DNA of 64,000 bases from Candidatus Latescibacterota bacterium (lineage in GTDB: Bacteria > Latescibacterota > UBA2968 > GCA-2709665): NCBI GenBank assembly GCA_965248435.1, contig OZ252100.1, positions 4,896,001-4,960,000 on the forward strand, in the 5' to 3' direction. The notes beneath the pieces were generated by a model. The model ran no database searches. It saw only the letters and a list, made by a program, of their open reading frames with translations, and had not been told where the DNA came from. Position 1 is the first letter of the stretch. The number at the start of each line of letters is the position of its first letter. Shown one piece after another: positions 41,335 to 51,209 of this stretch. Both the position numbers and the translations under genes were made by a program.

Positions 41335-41573
41335 AGATACTCGACCTGTCGCTTCAACTCGAAGATCTCCAGGTCCTTCGACTTGCGACGGCCTTTCCCG
41401 GGGAAGGCTTCCTGCTCATCCTCAACGAAGTCCCTCACCCAGCGACGCAACAACCCAACAGGCATGTCCAATTCTGTCGCGACATCTTTCGGAGTGCGGT
41501 CTTCAACCAGAATCTGCTGCACCGCTTCGACTTTGAACTCTCGGGAATACTTCCGACGCTTCCTGACACCCAT
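41274..41573 (-). CDS. IS3 transposase OrfA
   Basis: RKYSREFKVEAV, LRRWV, EERDILKKA. Confidence 0.93.
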   Translation of the reverse strand: MGVRKRRKYSREFKVEAVQQILVEDRTPKDVATELDMPVGLLRRWVRDFVEDEQEAFPGKGRRKSKDLEIFELKRQVEYLCEERDILKKALAVFSRRQR

Positions 41574-41877
41574 AGAAAGCCTCCTTGGATATGGGGAGAC
41601 ATTCTACCTATACAAAAACCTTAACCGAGTGTCCACAAAATAGATAACCCCAAACGGCTGGATCACGGAGAAAGGCGGAAGAATGCGGAGGGCACGGAAG
41701 TACACGGAAGAAAGGCGGAGGGTACGGAGACGATCTATTAGACTGAGCTACTTTACCGATTGAAAGGCATCACTGCGGTGGCGCAGAGGGCGTGGAGAAG
41801 ACATGTGGATCGTGGCGGGCGTCAGGCTGTAGCGCGACACCTTAGTCCAGTACAAAACAGATGCGAAGGAGAATCAA

Positions 41878-43440
41878 GTGGCATCACATCCCAGACTCTT
41901 CTACAACAACGACGGCAGTCACCTGATCTACCTCCCGCCTCCAGTTTCGCTCGACGCGTTCGTATATGAGACGGTAGGTTATCTGTTCGGCACCCAGGTG
42001 GATGCGGTGGTCTGCCACATGTTCGGGTTCGGCGACGCCATTCCGCTTTTCCCGACCGAGGTGCCGGAGGCGAAGGGTATCGAGCTGGACCAGGTGGAAT
42101 GGGTGAGTGAGTGGCGGCAGCAGGAGATTATGCGCCTTCTGTTCGATCAGGGGATCGACCCGTGGAAGGCCTCCCTGGAGGCCGCGCACGAGGCGGGCAT
42201 GGAGTTCTGGGCGGGCCTGAGGTTCAACGACCTGCACGGAGGGCGGTTTCAGTGGAAGAGTGAATTCCGCGTGAACCACCCCGAATACGAACTGGGTAAC
42301 CAGTGTCCGGCCGGGTCGCACCAGAGTGATCCAGAACGACCGTGTCACGGGCTCAACTTCGCTGTCCCTGAAGTGCGGGTCCACCGCCTGGCGCAGGTGG
42401 AGGAGGTCTGCACCCGTTATGATGTGGACGGGTTCGAGTGGGACCTGAATCGGCACCCGGGACACCACTTTCCGGACATGGAGGCGGGTGCGCCGATGCT
42501 CACCGCCTACATACGTGAAGCGAAGGAGATGCTGAACGGCGTCGGAGATCGGCGGGGACGCCCCGTAAAGTTCAGCGTGCGCGTGCCGGGTACTGTTGAG
42601 GCCTGTCGCTGGATCGCGGTCGAAATCGAGACGTGGATTCGGGAAGGCCTTGTGGATTACGTATCTCCATCTGCCTACCACGACACGTCGACCGATCTGC
42701 CGTTCGACCATTTCGTTGCTCTGGCTGACGGAAAGGACGTCAGGATCTACGCGTCGCCTGGCGAGATGGTCGGGCCGGGACTCCACTGGCCCCCGCCGAT
42801 CGAGACACTGCGCGCGGGCGCGTTCAACGCCTGGCAGCAGGGCGTGGATGGGGTCTACATCTTCAACTACAACCATCCGATCGTGAGCGACATGGATATG
42901 TCGGGTCTCTTTCGCGAACTCGGCAGCCCGGCAACACTCGAGTGGAGGGATAAACGGTATACCGTGGCTGGAGGGCATTCCGAGCTGAGGGGCGATTCCT
43001 ACGGTTTCAAATCGTGGAAACATCAACTTCCCGCGGCCCTGGAGGAACAGCCCACCGGTCCGGGCCACACCGTGCGCTTCCTCGTAGGCGACGATCTGCG
43101 GACCGCGGCCGAGCGAGGCGTACTGGACGCGGTGACTCTGGAGCTGATCGTCATCGGCCAAACGTATGAAGATGTGGTGGAGTTCAAGCTGAATGGAAAG
43201 CCGCTGCCCGAAGGCCCCCAGTTCAGAATGTATCAAAAGTACAAGATGGGTCCCGGCGCGAACGCCTTCCAGGGCCGATACGCGCTGAGGTATGACCTGA
43301 GATCGGGAGACTGGATCCGGCAGGGGTGGAACGAGGTCGAACTGGCGTTGAGAAAAAGGACGCGGCGGGTGAGGCAGCCGTTCGAGGTCTATGAGCTGAA
43401 CCTGGAGATCAAGTATCGCGTTCTGCCGATGAGACCTTAA
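41878..43440 (+). CDS. GH10-like (GHL10-type) TIM-barrel protein, paralog 2
   Basis: Colinear and highly similar to 38804-40348. Confidence 0.72.
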   Translation: MASHPRLFYNNDGSHLIYLPPPVSLDAFVYETVGYLFGTQVDAVVCHMFGFGDAIPLFPTEVPEAKGIELDQVEWVSEWRQQEIMRLLFDQGIDPWKASLEAAHEAGMEFWAGLRFNDLHGGRFQWKSEFRVNHPEYELGNQCPAGSHQSDPERPCHGLNFAVPEVRVHRLAQVEEVCTRYDVDGFEWDLNRHPGHHFPDMEAGAPMLTAYIREAKEMLNGVGDRRGRPVKFSVRVPGTVEACRWIAVEIETWIREGLVDYVSPSAYHDTSTDLPFDHFVALADGKDVRIYASPGEMVGPGLHWPPPIETLRAGAFNAWQQGVDGVYIFNYNHPIVSDMDMSGLFRELGSPATLEWRDKRYTVAGGHSELRGDSYGFKSWKHQLPAALEEQPTGPGHTVRFLVGDDLRTAAERGVLDAVTLELIVIGQTYEDVVEFKLNGKPLPEGPQFRMYQKYKMGPGANAFQGRYALRYDLRSGDWIRQGWNEVELALRKRTRRVRQPFEVYELNLEIKYRVLPMRP

Positions 43441-43498
43441 GTCGTGGATCGTGAATCGTGGATCGTGAAATCTGGATCGCAACCACAGCGCGCCGCTT

Positions 43499-43655
43499 TG
43501 TCATTCCGAGCGACAGCGAGGAATCTCAACAGGCAATGGAGCAGCCGCTACTTCAAGAGATGATTCAGTTAGTATCTTACTGTTGAGATCCCTCGTCGCC
43601 TCGTTGCTCTGAGTTTACAACAAACGCAATGCTTGAATGGCTCCTCGGGATGACA
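43499..43655. repeat. TGTCAT...ATGACA inverted-repeat MITE-like element
   Basis: tgtcattccgag..cgaggaatctc and gagatccctcg..ctcgggatgaca. Confidence 0.7.
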
Positions 43656-43707
43656 AATCTGGCTGTTACGAGATAAGGGATACGCGAAATAGGATGGAGG
43701 TGACGGC

Positions 43708-44544
43708 ATGATTGTTGATGTACACACACACCTGACGCCCCTCGAGGGCTGGGGGCAGAGTTTCCTCGAGCAGGTCCCGAACGCGAACAACGCGGCCGTG
43801 GGCATAGACCTGCACGTCACACCCGAACGCCACTGGGCGGCGATGGAGGAGGTCGACAGGGCGATCGTGTTCGGGATCAACTCCCTCGCGCTCGAGATGC
43901 ACACGTCGAACGACTCGATCGCCGAGTATGCCAGCGCCCATTCCGAAAAGATCATCGGGTTCATGTCGATCGATCCGCACCAGGAGGACGCGATCGAAGA
44001 GATCGACCGCTGCGTGCGTCAGCTCGGTTTGAGAGGGATCAAGATGAGCCCGGTCTACCAGCACTATCATCCGTGCGATGAGAAGGCGGAGCGCGTGCAT
44101 CGACACGCGGAGAAGCTGGGCCTGCCGATCCTGACCCACGCGGCGTTTCACTCGATGTACCAGACGCCGATGAAGTGGGCGAATCCGATCCTGTATGACG
44201 ATGTGGCACAACAGTTTCCAAACCTGAAGATCATCCTCGCCCACATCGGCCTGCCCTGGTATTCGGACGCGATGGTCGTCGCGCGTAAGCACCCGAACGT
44301 ATTCGCGGACATCTCGCCCGTGTTCCACCTCAGGTGGATCAACCGTGCGCTCGATCTGTTTCACGAATTCTCGGTGATTCAGAAGCTTCTGTTCGGGACC
44401 GACTTTCCGTTCACAACGACCGATCGGGCGATACAGAACTTGAGAAAGGCTCAACAGATTGGTCCCAAGGAGGCACGTGTGCCGGACGAGGAGATCGAGG
44501 CGCTGATCCACCGTGATTCTCTGAAGCTGCTCGGCCTGGATTGA
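43708..44544 (+). CDS. Amidohydrolase 2 family protein
   Basis: IVDVHTH, LRGIKM, ILAHIG.PW, LFGTDFP. Confidence 0.9.
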   Translation: MIVDVHTHLTPLEGWGQSFLEQVPNANNAAVGIDLHVTPERHWAAMEEVDRAIVFGINSLALEMHTSNDSIAEYASAHSEKIIGFMSIDPHQEDAIEEIDRCVRQLGLRGIKMSPVYQHYHPCDEKAERVHRHAEKLGLPILTHAAFHSMYQTPMKWANPILYDDVAQQFPNLKIILAHIGLPWYSDAMVVARKHPNVFADISPVFHLRWINRALDLFHEFSVIQKLLFGTDFPFTTTDRAIQNLRKAQQIGPKEARVPDEEIEALIHRDSLKLLGLD

Positions 44545-44681
44545 TCGTGAATCGTGAATCGTGGATGGTGGATCGTGGATCGTAAATCGCATCTAAAGTC
44601 ATTGAATCGGCTGTTGAAGAGGGTTTTTAAACTGGTGTTCATTGGGACATAGCTTATGCCGGATATGTCAGGGGAGAAGAT

Positions 44682-45683
44682 ATGAAGGCCCGACTGATCG
44701 TATCCAGCTGTTACGATTGGGAAACCACGGATCCGGAGCTGGAACGGCTGAAGCCGGAGGTCGAGGTATTTCGCTGTCCGGAGGGGCGTCAACTGACCGA
44801 AGCGGAGATGATCGGTTATCTTTCCGGGACTCATTACACCCTGTCCGCCGACGATCCGTTCAACGAGCGTGTGATTCGCTCCGCACCGTCGCTTCAGATG
44901 ATTAACTGTGACGGCGTGGGCGTGGATCACATCAACCTTCCCGTGGCCACCGAGTGCGGCGTGATCGTGAACAACGCCCCGGTCGTACACGACTCGAACG
45001 GAGAGTTCGCGGTCGGGTTGATCGTGGCGCTTCTGAGGAAGATTATCATCGCGGACAAGGGTGTGAGGTCCGGTGAGTGGCACGACCGGGTCCGATTCGC
45101 GGGCTATGACCTTCAAGGGAAGACGTTGGGCCTGCTTGGCTTCGGGCGGGTCGCGAAGGCGTTCGCCAAACGAATCTCGGGATTTGATATGAATGTTACT
45201 GCCTACTGCCGAGAACCCGACAGGTCGGCAGCGGAGGCGTTGGACGTTACGCTGGTCGGCCTCGACGAGCTGATCGAGGGTTCGGACATCCTGTCGCTCC
45301 ACGTCACCCTTACCGATCTGACGCGGGGGATGATCGGGGCGGAGGAAATCGGAAGGATGAAGACCGGGGCCTATCTGATGAACACTTCGCGAGGTGCGGT
45401 TGTGGATGAGGCGGCGCTGGTCGACGCACTGAACAGCGGAAAGCTGGCGGGCGCGGCCCTGGATGTGTTCGACGGCGAGCCTCCGAAGCTCGACAATCCG
45501 CTTCTGCACATGGAGAACGTCGTCCTCGCGCCGCATCTGGGCACCGAGACGTTCCAGACATTCCGAAGGGCGTTTCGGAGCGTGGTCGATGACATCCTGC
45601 TCCTCCGCGTGGGCAAGCGACCGGGAAACGTCGTGAACGTGGACGTCCTGAATCACGATCGATGGAAGGACCTCAACGCATGA
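44682..45683 (+). CDS. D-3-phosphoglycerate dehydrogenase-like 2-hydroxyacid dehydrogenase
   Basis: GVGVDHI, GLLGFGRV, NTSRG, LDVF..EP, APHLG. Confidence 0.9.
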   Translation: MKARLIVSSCYDWETTDPELERLKPEVEVFRCPEGRQLTEAEMIGYLSGTHYTLSADDPFNERVIRSAPSLQMINCDGVGVDHINLPVATECGVIVNNAPVVHDSNGEFAVGLIVALLRKIIIADKGVRSGEWHDRVRFAGYDLQGKTLGLLGFGRVAKAFAKRISGFDMNVTAYCREPDRSAAEALDVTLVGLDELIEGSDILSLHVTLTDLTRGMIGAEEIGRMKTGAYLMNTSRGAVVDEAALVDALNSGKLAGAALDVFDGEPPKLDNPLLHMENVVLAPHLGTETFQTFRRAFRSVVDDILLLRVGKRPGNVVNVDVLNHDRWKDLNA

Positions 45684-45705
45684 ATCGGATGGTTAAAGGA
45701 GAAGC

Positions 45706-46590
45706 GTGATGCCCAAGCTGGCCGCATTTCCGAAGGCGTTTCTGGACGAAATGTGCATGGACGGGACGATGACCATCTGCCAGTGGGTGGAGATGGCCGC
45801 GACGCTGGACGTCGACGGGCTGGAATTCTTCGGGGCCTTCCTGGAGCTCGAAGACCCGGCCTCCTGGAAGGCGTCCAGGAAGCTGGCGGAGGATCACGGA
45901 CTGACGATTCCGATGCTCTGCTGCTCACCCGACTTCACGCACCCGGATCCGGAGTTTCGGAACAAGGAGGTCGACAAAGAGAAGCGATGGATCGACATGA
46001 CGGCGGAGCTGGGTGGATCGTTCTGCCGGGTGCTCTCAGGCCAGCGCAGGCCCGGGGTGCCTCGCGAGGCAGGACTCGCCTTCTGCGTGGACTGCATCAA
46101 CACGTGCGGTGAGTACGGCCGGTCTGTCGGGGTGACGCTGATCATCGAGAACCATTACAAGGACCCCTACTGGACGTATCCCGAGTTCGCCCAGCATATG
46201 GATGTCTTTTGCGAGCTCCTGGATCGCATCGAACCCTCGGGGCTCGGTGTGAATTACGACCCGAGCAACACGCTGCTCGCTGGCGAAGACCCGCTCGAAC
46301 TTCTGGACCGCGTGAAGCACCGGGTGATGACGATGCACGCCAGTGACCGCTACCTCGCGGAGGGCACGATCGAAGACCTTCGCAAGGAAGAGAACGTGGA
46401 AGGCTACGCCAATCGCCTGAGTCACGGGGAGATCGGAAAAGGGATGAACGACTACGACGCGATCTTTTCGACGCTGGCCGGGGTCGGATTCGAAGGCTGG
46501 ATCAGTATCGAGGATGGCATGGAGGGGATGGAGCAGCTGCGGGGGAGCGTGAAGTTTTTGCGGGAGAAGATGGCACAGCATTGGCCTTGA
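45706..46590 (+). CDS. Sugar phosphate isomerase/epimerase (IolE/AP-endonuclease-2 fold)
   Basis: IENHYKD, NYDPSN, MHASDR, WISIEDG. Confidence 0.85.
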   Translation: MMPKLAAFPKAFLDEMCMDGTMTICQWVEMAATLDVDGLEFFGAFLELEDPASWKASRKLAEDHGLTIPMLCCSPDFTHPDPEFRNKEVDKEKRWIDMTAELGGSFCRVLSGQRRPGVPREAGLAFCVDCINTCGEYGRSVGVTLIIENHYKDPYWTYPEFAQHMDVFCELLDRIEPSGLGVNYDPSNTLLAGEDPLELLDRVKHRVMTMHASDRYLAEGTIEDLRKEENVEGYANRLSHGEIGKGMNDYDAIFSTLAGVGFEGWISIEDGMEGMEQLRGSVKFLREKMAQHWP

Positions 46591-46663
46591 TCGCGTGGAT
46601 CGTGAATCGTTGATCGTGGATCGTCATCTAATTGCGGATTGCGGATTTCGGATTGTGGAATGA
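46589..46663 (+). repeat. GATCGTG and ATTGCGG heptamer repeat tracts
   Basis: gatcgcgtggatcgtgaatcgttgatcgtggatcgt then attgcggattgcggatttcggattgtggaatg. Confidence 0.65.
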
Positions 46664-46689
46664 AAGGCGAAACCTGACTGCAGGGGAGC

Positions 46690-47526
46690 ATGGCGATCCA
46701 GATCAAACCCTACATATGGGAAGGACCCTACGCGGAGATGCGGGCCTCCACGGGAAGCTATCACGATGTGGGGCTCTGCGCGGAGGTCCGGGCGGACTGG
46801 ATGAAGGAGGGGGAGCGGATCATCCTTCGGTCGAGCGAGATCGTCGGCTGGCCGGAGTCTTATTTCTACGATGACCACAAACGTCCGTCCGATCCGGGAG
46901 GACGAGGCCAGGGATACAGCCACCGATCCTTTGAGTGGGACCGCGGGCAGACCCCGGACCGTCTGTCGGTCGATTGCGATATCGACGGAAAAGGGGGCTT
47001 CTCACTCAGCCTCCGGTGTGACCAGGATGTCCTGGATATCGAGCTGAGCGTCCGAAATGGCCTTCGGGGCGTTATGGGACCGATCGACTGGCACTTCTGC
47101 GCGATCGGATTCGACTGCCCGCCGATCGGTGATCCTGAACTCACACGCACCTTCCTGTTCGACGGGGAGCGGCTGCGCTCTCTGCGTGAGCTGAGCGGCG
47201 CGCCGGAGTGTGAGATCTATTCGGTGACCGGGTCGGATGGTTTCGTCCCTGCGATTCACAGATCGCACCCGCGAGGCCCCGTGGACGCCGAGGCCTCCGT
47301 CGTCGTCCTGGAATCGGGCTGCGGTCGCTACGCGGCGGCGCTCGGGTTTGCGCAGGCCTACAATATCTTCAGCAACCCGCACAATATGTGCTTTCACGCC
47401 GATCCCTATTTCGGGACCCTTGCAGGTCGGGGAGAGGAACGACAGATGAAAGGGCGCCTCTACCTGATCGAAGGCAATGCCACGGATGCCTTTGACCGGT
47501 ATCGCAGCGACTTTATCCATGAGTAA
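46690..47526 (+). CDS. Hypothetical protein
   Basis: RBS ggag; ORF coupled to larA; no recognised family. Confidence 0.65.
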   Translation: MAIQIKPYIWEGPYAEMRASTGSYHDVGLCAEVRADWMKEGERIILRSSEIVGWPESYFYDDHKRPSDPGGRGQGYSHRSFEWDRGQTPDRLSVDCDIDGKGGFSLSLRCDQDVLDIELSVRNGLRGVMGPIDWHFCAIGFDCPPIGDPELTRTFLFDGERLRSLRELSGAPECEIYSVTGSDGFVPAIHRSHPRGPVDAEASVVVLESGCGRYAAALGFAQAYNIFSNPHNMCFHADPYFGTLAGRGEERQMKGRLYLIEGNATDAFDRYRSDFIHE

Positions 47527-48793
47527 AAAGAAACCCTTTCCCATCGCGTATGGCCGGGGCGAGCTCCCGCTTCGGATCGATCCTGAGCTCGCCAGGGCCT
47601 TGAGGCCGGTCTCCCGGCCGGCCCTTTTGAACGCCCAGGGGCGATTCCAGGAGGCCTGTCGGCATCCGGTAGAGACACCACCCCTTCGAGGGGTCGTCGG
47701 TCCTGGCGACCGGGTGGTGATCGTGACGTCTGACAAGACCCGCCCGGTCCCGAACCGGCTCCTGATTCCCTGGATCCTGGAGGAGATTCCCGTCCCCGAC
47801 GACAAGGTTACGGTGCTCCTCGGAAACGGGTCTCACGGCGCCAATTCTCCCGACGAGATTACGGAGATGTTTGGCGAGGCGGTGGCGGAGCGGGTGGAGA
47901 TACGCAACCACGATGCCTTCGATCCGTCGCAGAACAGAAACGTCGGAAAGACGGGCGATGGGACCGAGGTCTGGATGGACAGGGTTTACTTGGAGGCGGA
48001 CAGGCGGATCGTCGTAGGATTTATCGAGCCGCACTTCTTCGCGGGGTTTTCAGGCGGTGGAAAAGGGGTCGTCCCTGGCGTGGCGGGTATCGATACGATC
48101 CTGTCGCTTCACCGCGCAGACCTGATCGCACATCCAAAGAGTACGTGGGGCGAGCTGGAAGGGAATCCTATTCAGAATGAAATTGCGGATGCCGTATCCC
48201 TCGCGCCGCCTGACTTTATGGTGAACGTCACACTCAACTCGGAGAAAGAGATCACCGAGTTCTTCGTCGGGGATTATCAGGCCGCCCATCGGCAGGGGTG
48301 TTCCTCGGTAAAGGCGTCGGCGATGGTTCCGGTGTCGGAACCGGTCCCGATCGTGGTGACGTCGAACGGCGGGTATCCACTCGATCTGAACCTGTATCAG
48401 ACGGTGAAGGGCATCTCCGCTGCCGACAGGATCGTGGAAAAGGGGGGGACGATTCTTGTGGCGAGCGAATGCAGCGACGGGGTCCCGGATCACGGCAATT
48501 TCGCTGAATTGATGCGAAGCGGCACGTCCCCGAAGGAGGTGCTCCAGTGGGTCCACGCGCAGGATCGCCCCGTTCAGGACCAGTGGCAGGCGCAGATCCT
48601 GGCCGGCATCCTGGAAAGGGTCGAGGTGATCCTGTATTCAGGTCTGGCACCCGGGGAGGTCGAAGGGTGTAAGCTCGGCTCGACGGACGATCTGGAGGCA
48701 TGCCTCGACAGCCGACTGGCGCGCGCCGCGAATCCATCTGTCGCCGTTCTGCCCTACGGACCTCTGACCATACCCTACTTAGAGGGAAAGTAA
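47519..48793 (+). CDS. larA: Nickel-pincer-dependent lactate racemase family protein
   Basis: SDKTRPVPN, EPHFFAGFSGGGK..PG, GYPLDLNLYQ.VKG, DQWQ. Confidence 0.9.
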   Translation: MSKKKPFPIAYGRGELPLRIDPELARALRPVSRPALLNAQGRFQEACRHPVETPPLRGVVGPGDRVVIVTSDKTRPVPNRLLIPWILEEIPVPDDKVTVLLGNGSHGANSPDEITEMFGEAVAERVEIRNHDAFDPSQNRNVGKTGDGTEVWMDRVYLEADRRIVVGFIEPHFFAGFSGGGKGVVPGVAGIDTILSLHRADLIAHPKSTWGELEGNPIQNEIADAVSLAPPDFMVNVTLNSEKEITEFFVGDYQAAHRQGCSSVKASAMVPVSEPVPIVVTSNGGYPLDLNLYQTVKGISAADRIVEKGGTILVASECSDGVPDHGNFAELMRSGTSPKEVLQWVHAQDRPVQDQWQAQILAGILERVEVILYSGLAPGEVEGCKLGSTDDLEACLDSRLARAANPSVAVLPYGPLTIPYLEGK

Positions 48794-48811
48794 CGGCATC
48801 TGGAAATCGAG

Positions 48812-48853
48812 AAAAACCCCGCACTTACACTAGGTAAGTGTGGGGTTTTTTTT
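48812..48853. terminator. Bidirectional intrinsic terminator
   Basis: aaaaaccccgcacttac-actag-gtaagtgtggggttttttttt. Confidence 0.85.
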
Positions 48854-48914
48854 ATCAAGTAGGGACAAGTGGGTAGAAGTGGGCCTGGTTTTGGAAAGGT
48901 TTTTGGAAAGGTTT

Positions 48915-49122
48915 CTACTCAACGTAGTCAATGAGGTGATCGTAGCTTTGTGGGATCAGATGCCCGTAGAAGTCCTGAGTGATTGTAACGCTGGCGTGCC
49001 CAAGCCAAGCACTCACGATCTGGATACTCACCTTCCCCGAGGACAGAAGGTGGGCTGAAAACGTGTGACGAAGCATGTGCCAGTGTCCTTTCATCCCGCG
49101 CCGACGACACACGGCCTTGAAG
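48915..49122 (-). pseudogene. C-terminal fragment of a phage/ICE-type tyrosine integrase, truncated by an IS
   Basis: HMLRHTF...VSAWLGHAS.TIT..FYGH; ttggaaaggt repeated next to the stop. Confidence 0.8.
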
Positions 49123-49702
49123 TGAATCGCTTTCCGGAGGCTCGTTTAGTTGAGTCCAGCCAGCATTGGCCGGGCTTCCTGCTCGTGGTAGTGTAGCCGT
49201 TCGAGCTCGACGGGTGGGATATCCCCGATGGGCCCCAGAGTCGTCTGTTGTTGAACCAGTCTACCCACTCGAGTGTCGCATATTCAACCTGATCGAGGTT
49301 CCGCCAGGGCCCTCGTCGACGAAGTCCACAATCACTTCGGTCGGCGGTCGAGCTCCGCCTGTGCGAAATAGGCCGACGCCTTGCGAAGGATCTCGTTCGC
49401 CCGCCGCAACTCTCGGTTCTCGCGCTGCAGTTCTTTGAGTTGCGCCCGTTCGCTGCTTGTCACGCCGCCTCGACGTCCCGTGTTCACCTCGGTCCGACGT
49501 ACCCACTTCCGGAGCGTCTCAGCCGCGCAGCCAATTTTGCCCGCGATCGAATAGATGGCCTCCCACTGGGAGGCGTGTTCGTCAGTGTGCTCGAACACCA
49601 TCCGAACCGCCCGTTCTCGAACCTCTGGAGAATACCTCTTCACGTTTGTCATGACTCTATCCTCTCAAGAAATAGAGTCTCCGTCAAGTCCGGGGCGATT
49701 CA
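49123..49702 (-). mobile_element. Internally deleted IS3-family element (OrfA 49332-49652 intact, OrfB reduced to its ends)
   Basis: Ends TGAATCGC...GCGATTCA; OrfB VIVDFVDE joined directly to GPWRNLDQVEYATLEWVDWFNNRRL. Confidence 0.88.
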
Positions 49703-49734
49703 CCGCGCGCACGGTTGTGTTAAATGCCCGTACT

Positions 49735-50624
49735 CTATTTTGACTCACCAAGATGCATCAACGGCAGAGGCATGGGGCTGTCACTGTTGATGAAATACAC
49801 CTTGGCTGCTGGATCTTTGGAGATGGCTTTAAGCGCTTCCAGCGCCTGGAGTTTGACGTAGTTAGGGTTCTTGCCGATGGCCGCGTTGATTTTCTCGATT
49901 TCGTAGGCCTGGACATCTGCCAGTACGCGGCGCTGGGCGGCCTGTTCTTCAGCTGCACCGCGTTCCGCCTTTGCTGCTGCTATTTTCTGTTGTTGCTCTG
50001 TGCGGAAACGCTCCAGTTCTGCCTTCTGCTTCTCAACTTCCTGTTCGCGCTCCTTTTTTGACTCAATCGCCTTTGTGATAAAGGGGGGTAGGGCAATATC
50101 GCGAAGGAGCACAGCCCCCACATCTATTCCCTCCGGACCCAGATAATCGCGCAGTCCTTCCAGCAGTGCAGTCTGCAAGGTGACCTGGGCTTGCTCAAGA
50201 AAGAAGTCCTCGGCGCGTTTGACCGCTTTGCCCTGTTCACGTATCAGGGAACGCAGCTTCGGGATGATATGCACTCTGACGACGTCTTCCGCGGTGCCGG
50301 TCTCCTTCAGGATGCGCGGGGCATCTTTGCGCATGAGACGATACTGCACGCTGACATCAATCTTGGTCTGTAACTGGTCCTGGCTGGGGACGCTTGCCCG
50401 CTCCAAATGGGTCTTCTGGCGTACGTCATACAGATGCCAGGCATAGAGCGGATTGACGGGAATATGCAACCCTGCCTCATAAGGCTTCGGCTTCACACTC
50501 CCGAACAGTGTCGCGACCGCTACATGCCCGCTGGAATGCTTTGGTAAAATTTGCTGCCAAAGAATAAGACAATGATCACTATCACGATTGTAACAATGAG
50601 AGACTTCGGGATCTGATCCATCAT
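49735..50624 (-). pseudogene. SPFH/prohibitin family protein with a -1 frameshift near 50528
   Basis: RBS aggagg, TM anchor ...SIPAG, then HVAVATLFG...DVSVQYR...LLRDI.LP in another frame. Confidence 0.8.
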
Positions 50625-50784
50625 TGTTTCCTCCTGAAAGGGTTAACGTGAATACCGACTCGAACCTTACCCAAAATACAAACTATCATATCAGGGTAGA
50701 ACCTGCAATGTAGGCAAACGCTGCCCGACCATCCACAAGTTCGATGACCTCTTCCAGGCAAGGCATCCGAAAGTGTTGGTTGCT

Positions 50785-50938
50785 GTAGTGGGACCGTGGA
50801 GAACTACGGGTAGAATTATAAAATCACGCCCACACAGCTTGCTGGGCTATAGGCCGCCGGCGCCTGAAACGGTCTCAGAACCGCTAGTCGCAACCGCATC
50901 CTAACTCTGGACGTGGATACATAGGTGGGGGCAGGTCA
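50785..50938 (+). mobile_element. IS3-family right-end remnant
   Basis: Encodes RPHSLLGYRPPAPE and ends ...ggggcaggtca, typical of an IS3 OrfB end and IRR. Confidence 0.7.
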
Positions 50939-51152
50939 CCCACCAGTTCCGAATTCTTGAGCGATTCAAATTGGCTGACTGGGCGAGCACCCACCTTTTC
51001 CCTGAAGGAAGCAACTTTTGGAGGCTCGTTCGACTCCGACAGAGCACCCATTGTCCCCGGGTCCATACAAAGATAATCAATACCACACAGAGACAAAACC
51101 TGTTCCACACCCTCCGGGCAAGTGATCCCCTCGTTTGGGAACGACGACGGGC

Positions 51153-51208
51153 GCTCAACATGTCAAATACACGCTGTGCCCTCTGTGGTTCTGCAGAATA
51201 TGTTGTGT
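51153..51208 (-). repeat. Possible degenerate attC-like site after the cupin gene
   Basis: Minus strand ACACAACat...atGTTGAGC directly after the stop; inner pairing is weak. Confidence 0.35.
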
Positions 51209-51209
51209 C

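Larger units (their letters stand above)
40386..41652 (-). mobile_element. IS3-family insertion sequence, apparently intact, 3-bp target duplication AAC
   Basis: Ends tgatgtta..gtggaca and tgtccac..taacccca; AAC at 40383-40385 and 41653-41655. Confidence 0.92.

Noticed and set aside
38804-43440. Diversity-generating retroelement (TR/VR pair)
   Set aside because: Both copies are full genes, differences are not adenine-specific, and no reverse transcriptase is present.
48794-48915. tRNA or tmRNA integration site next to the integrase stub
   Set aside because: No cloverleaf, TTCGA arm or CCA end is visible; only a terminator and short repeats.
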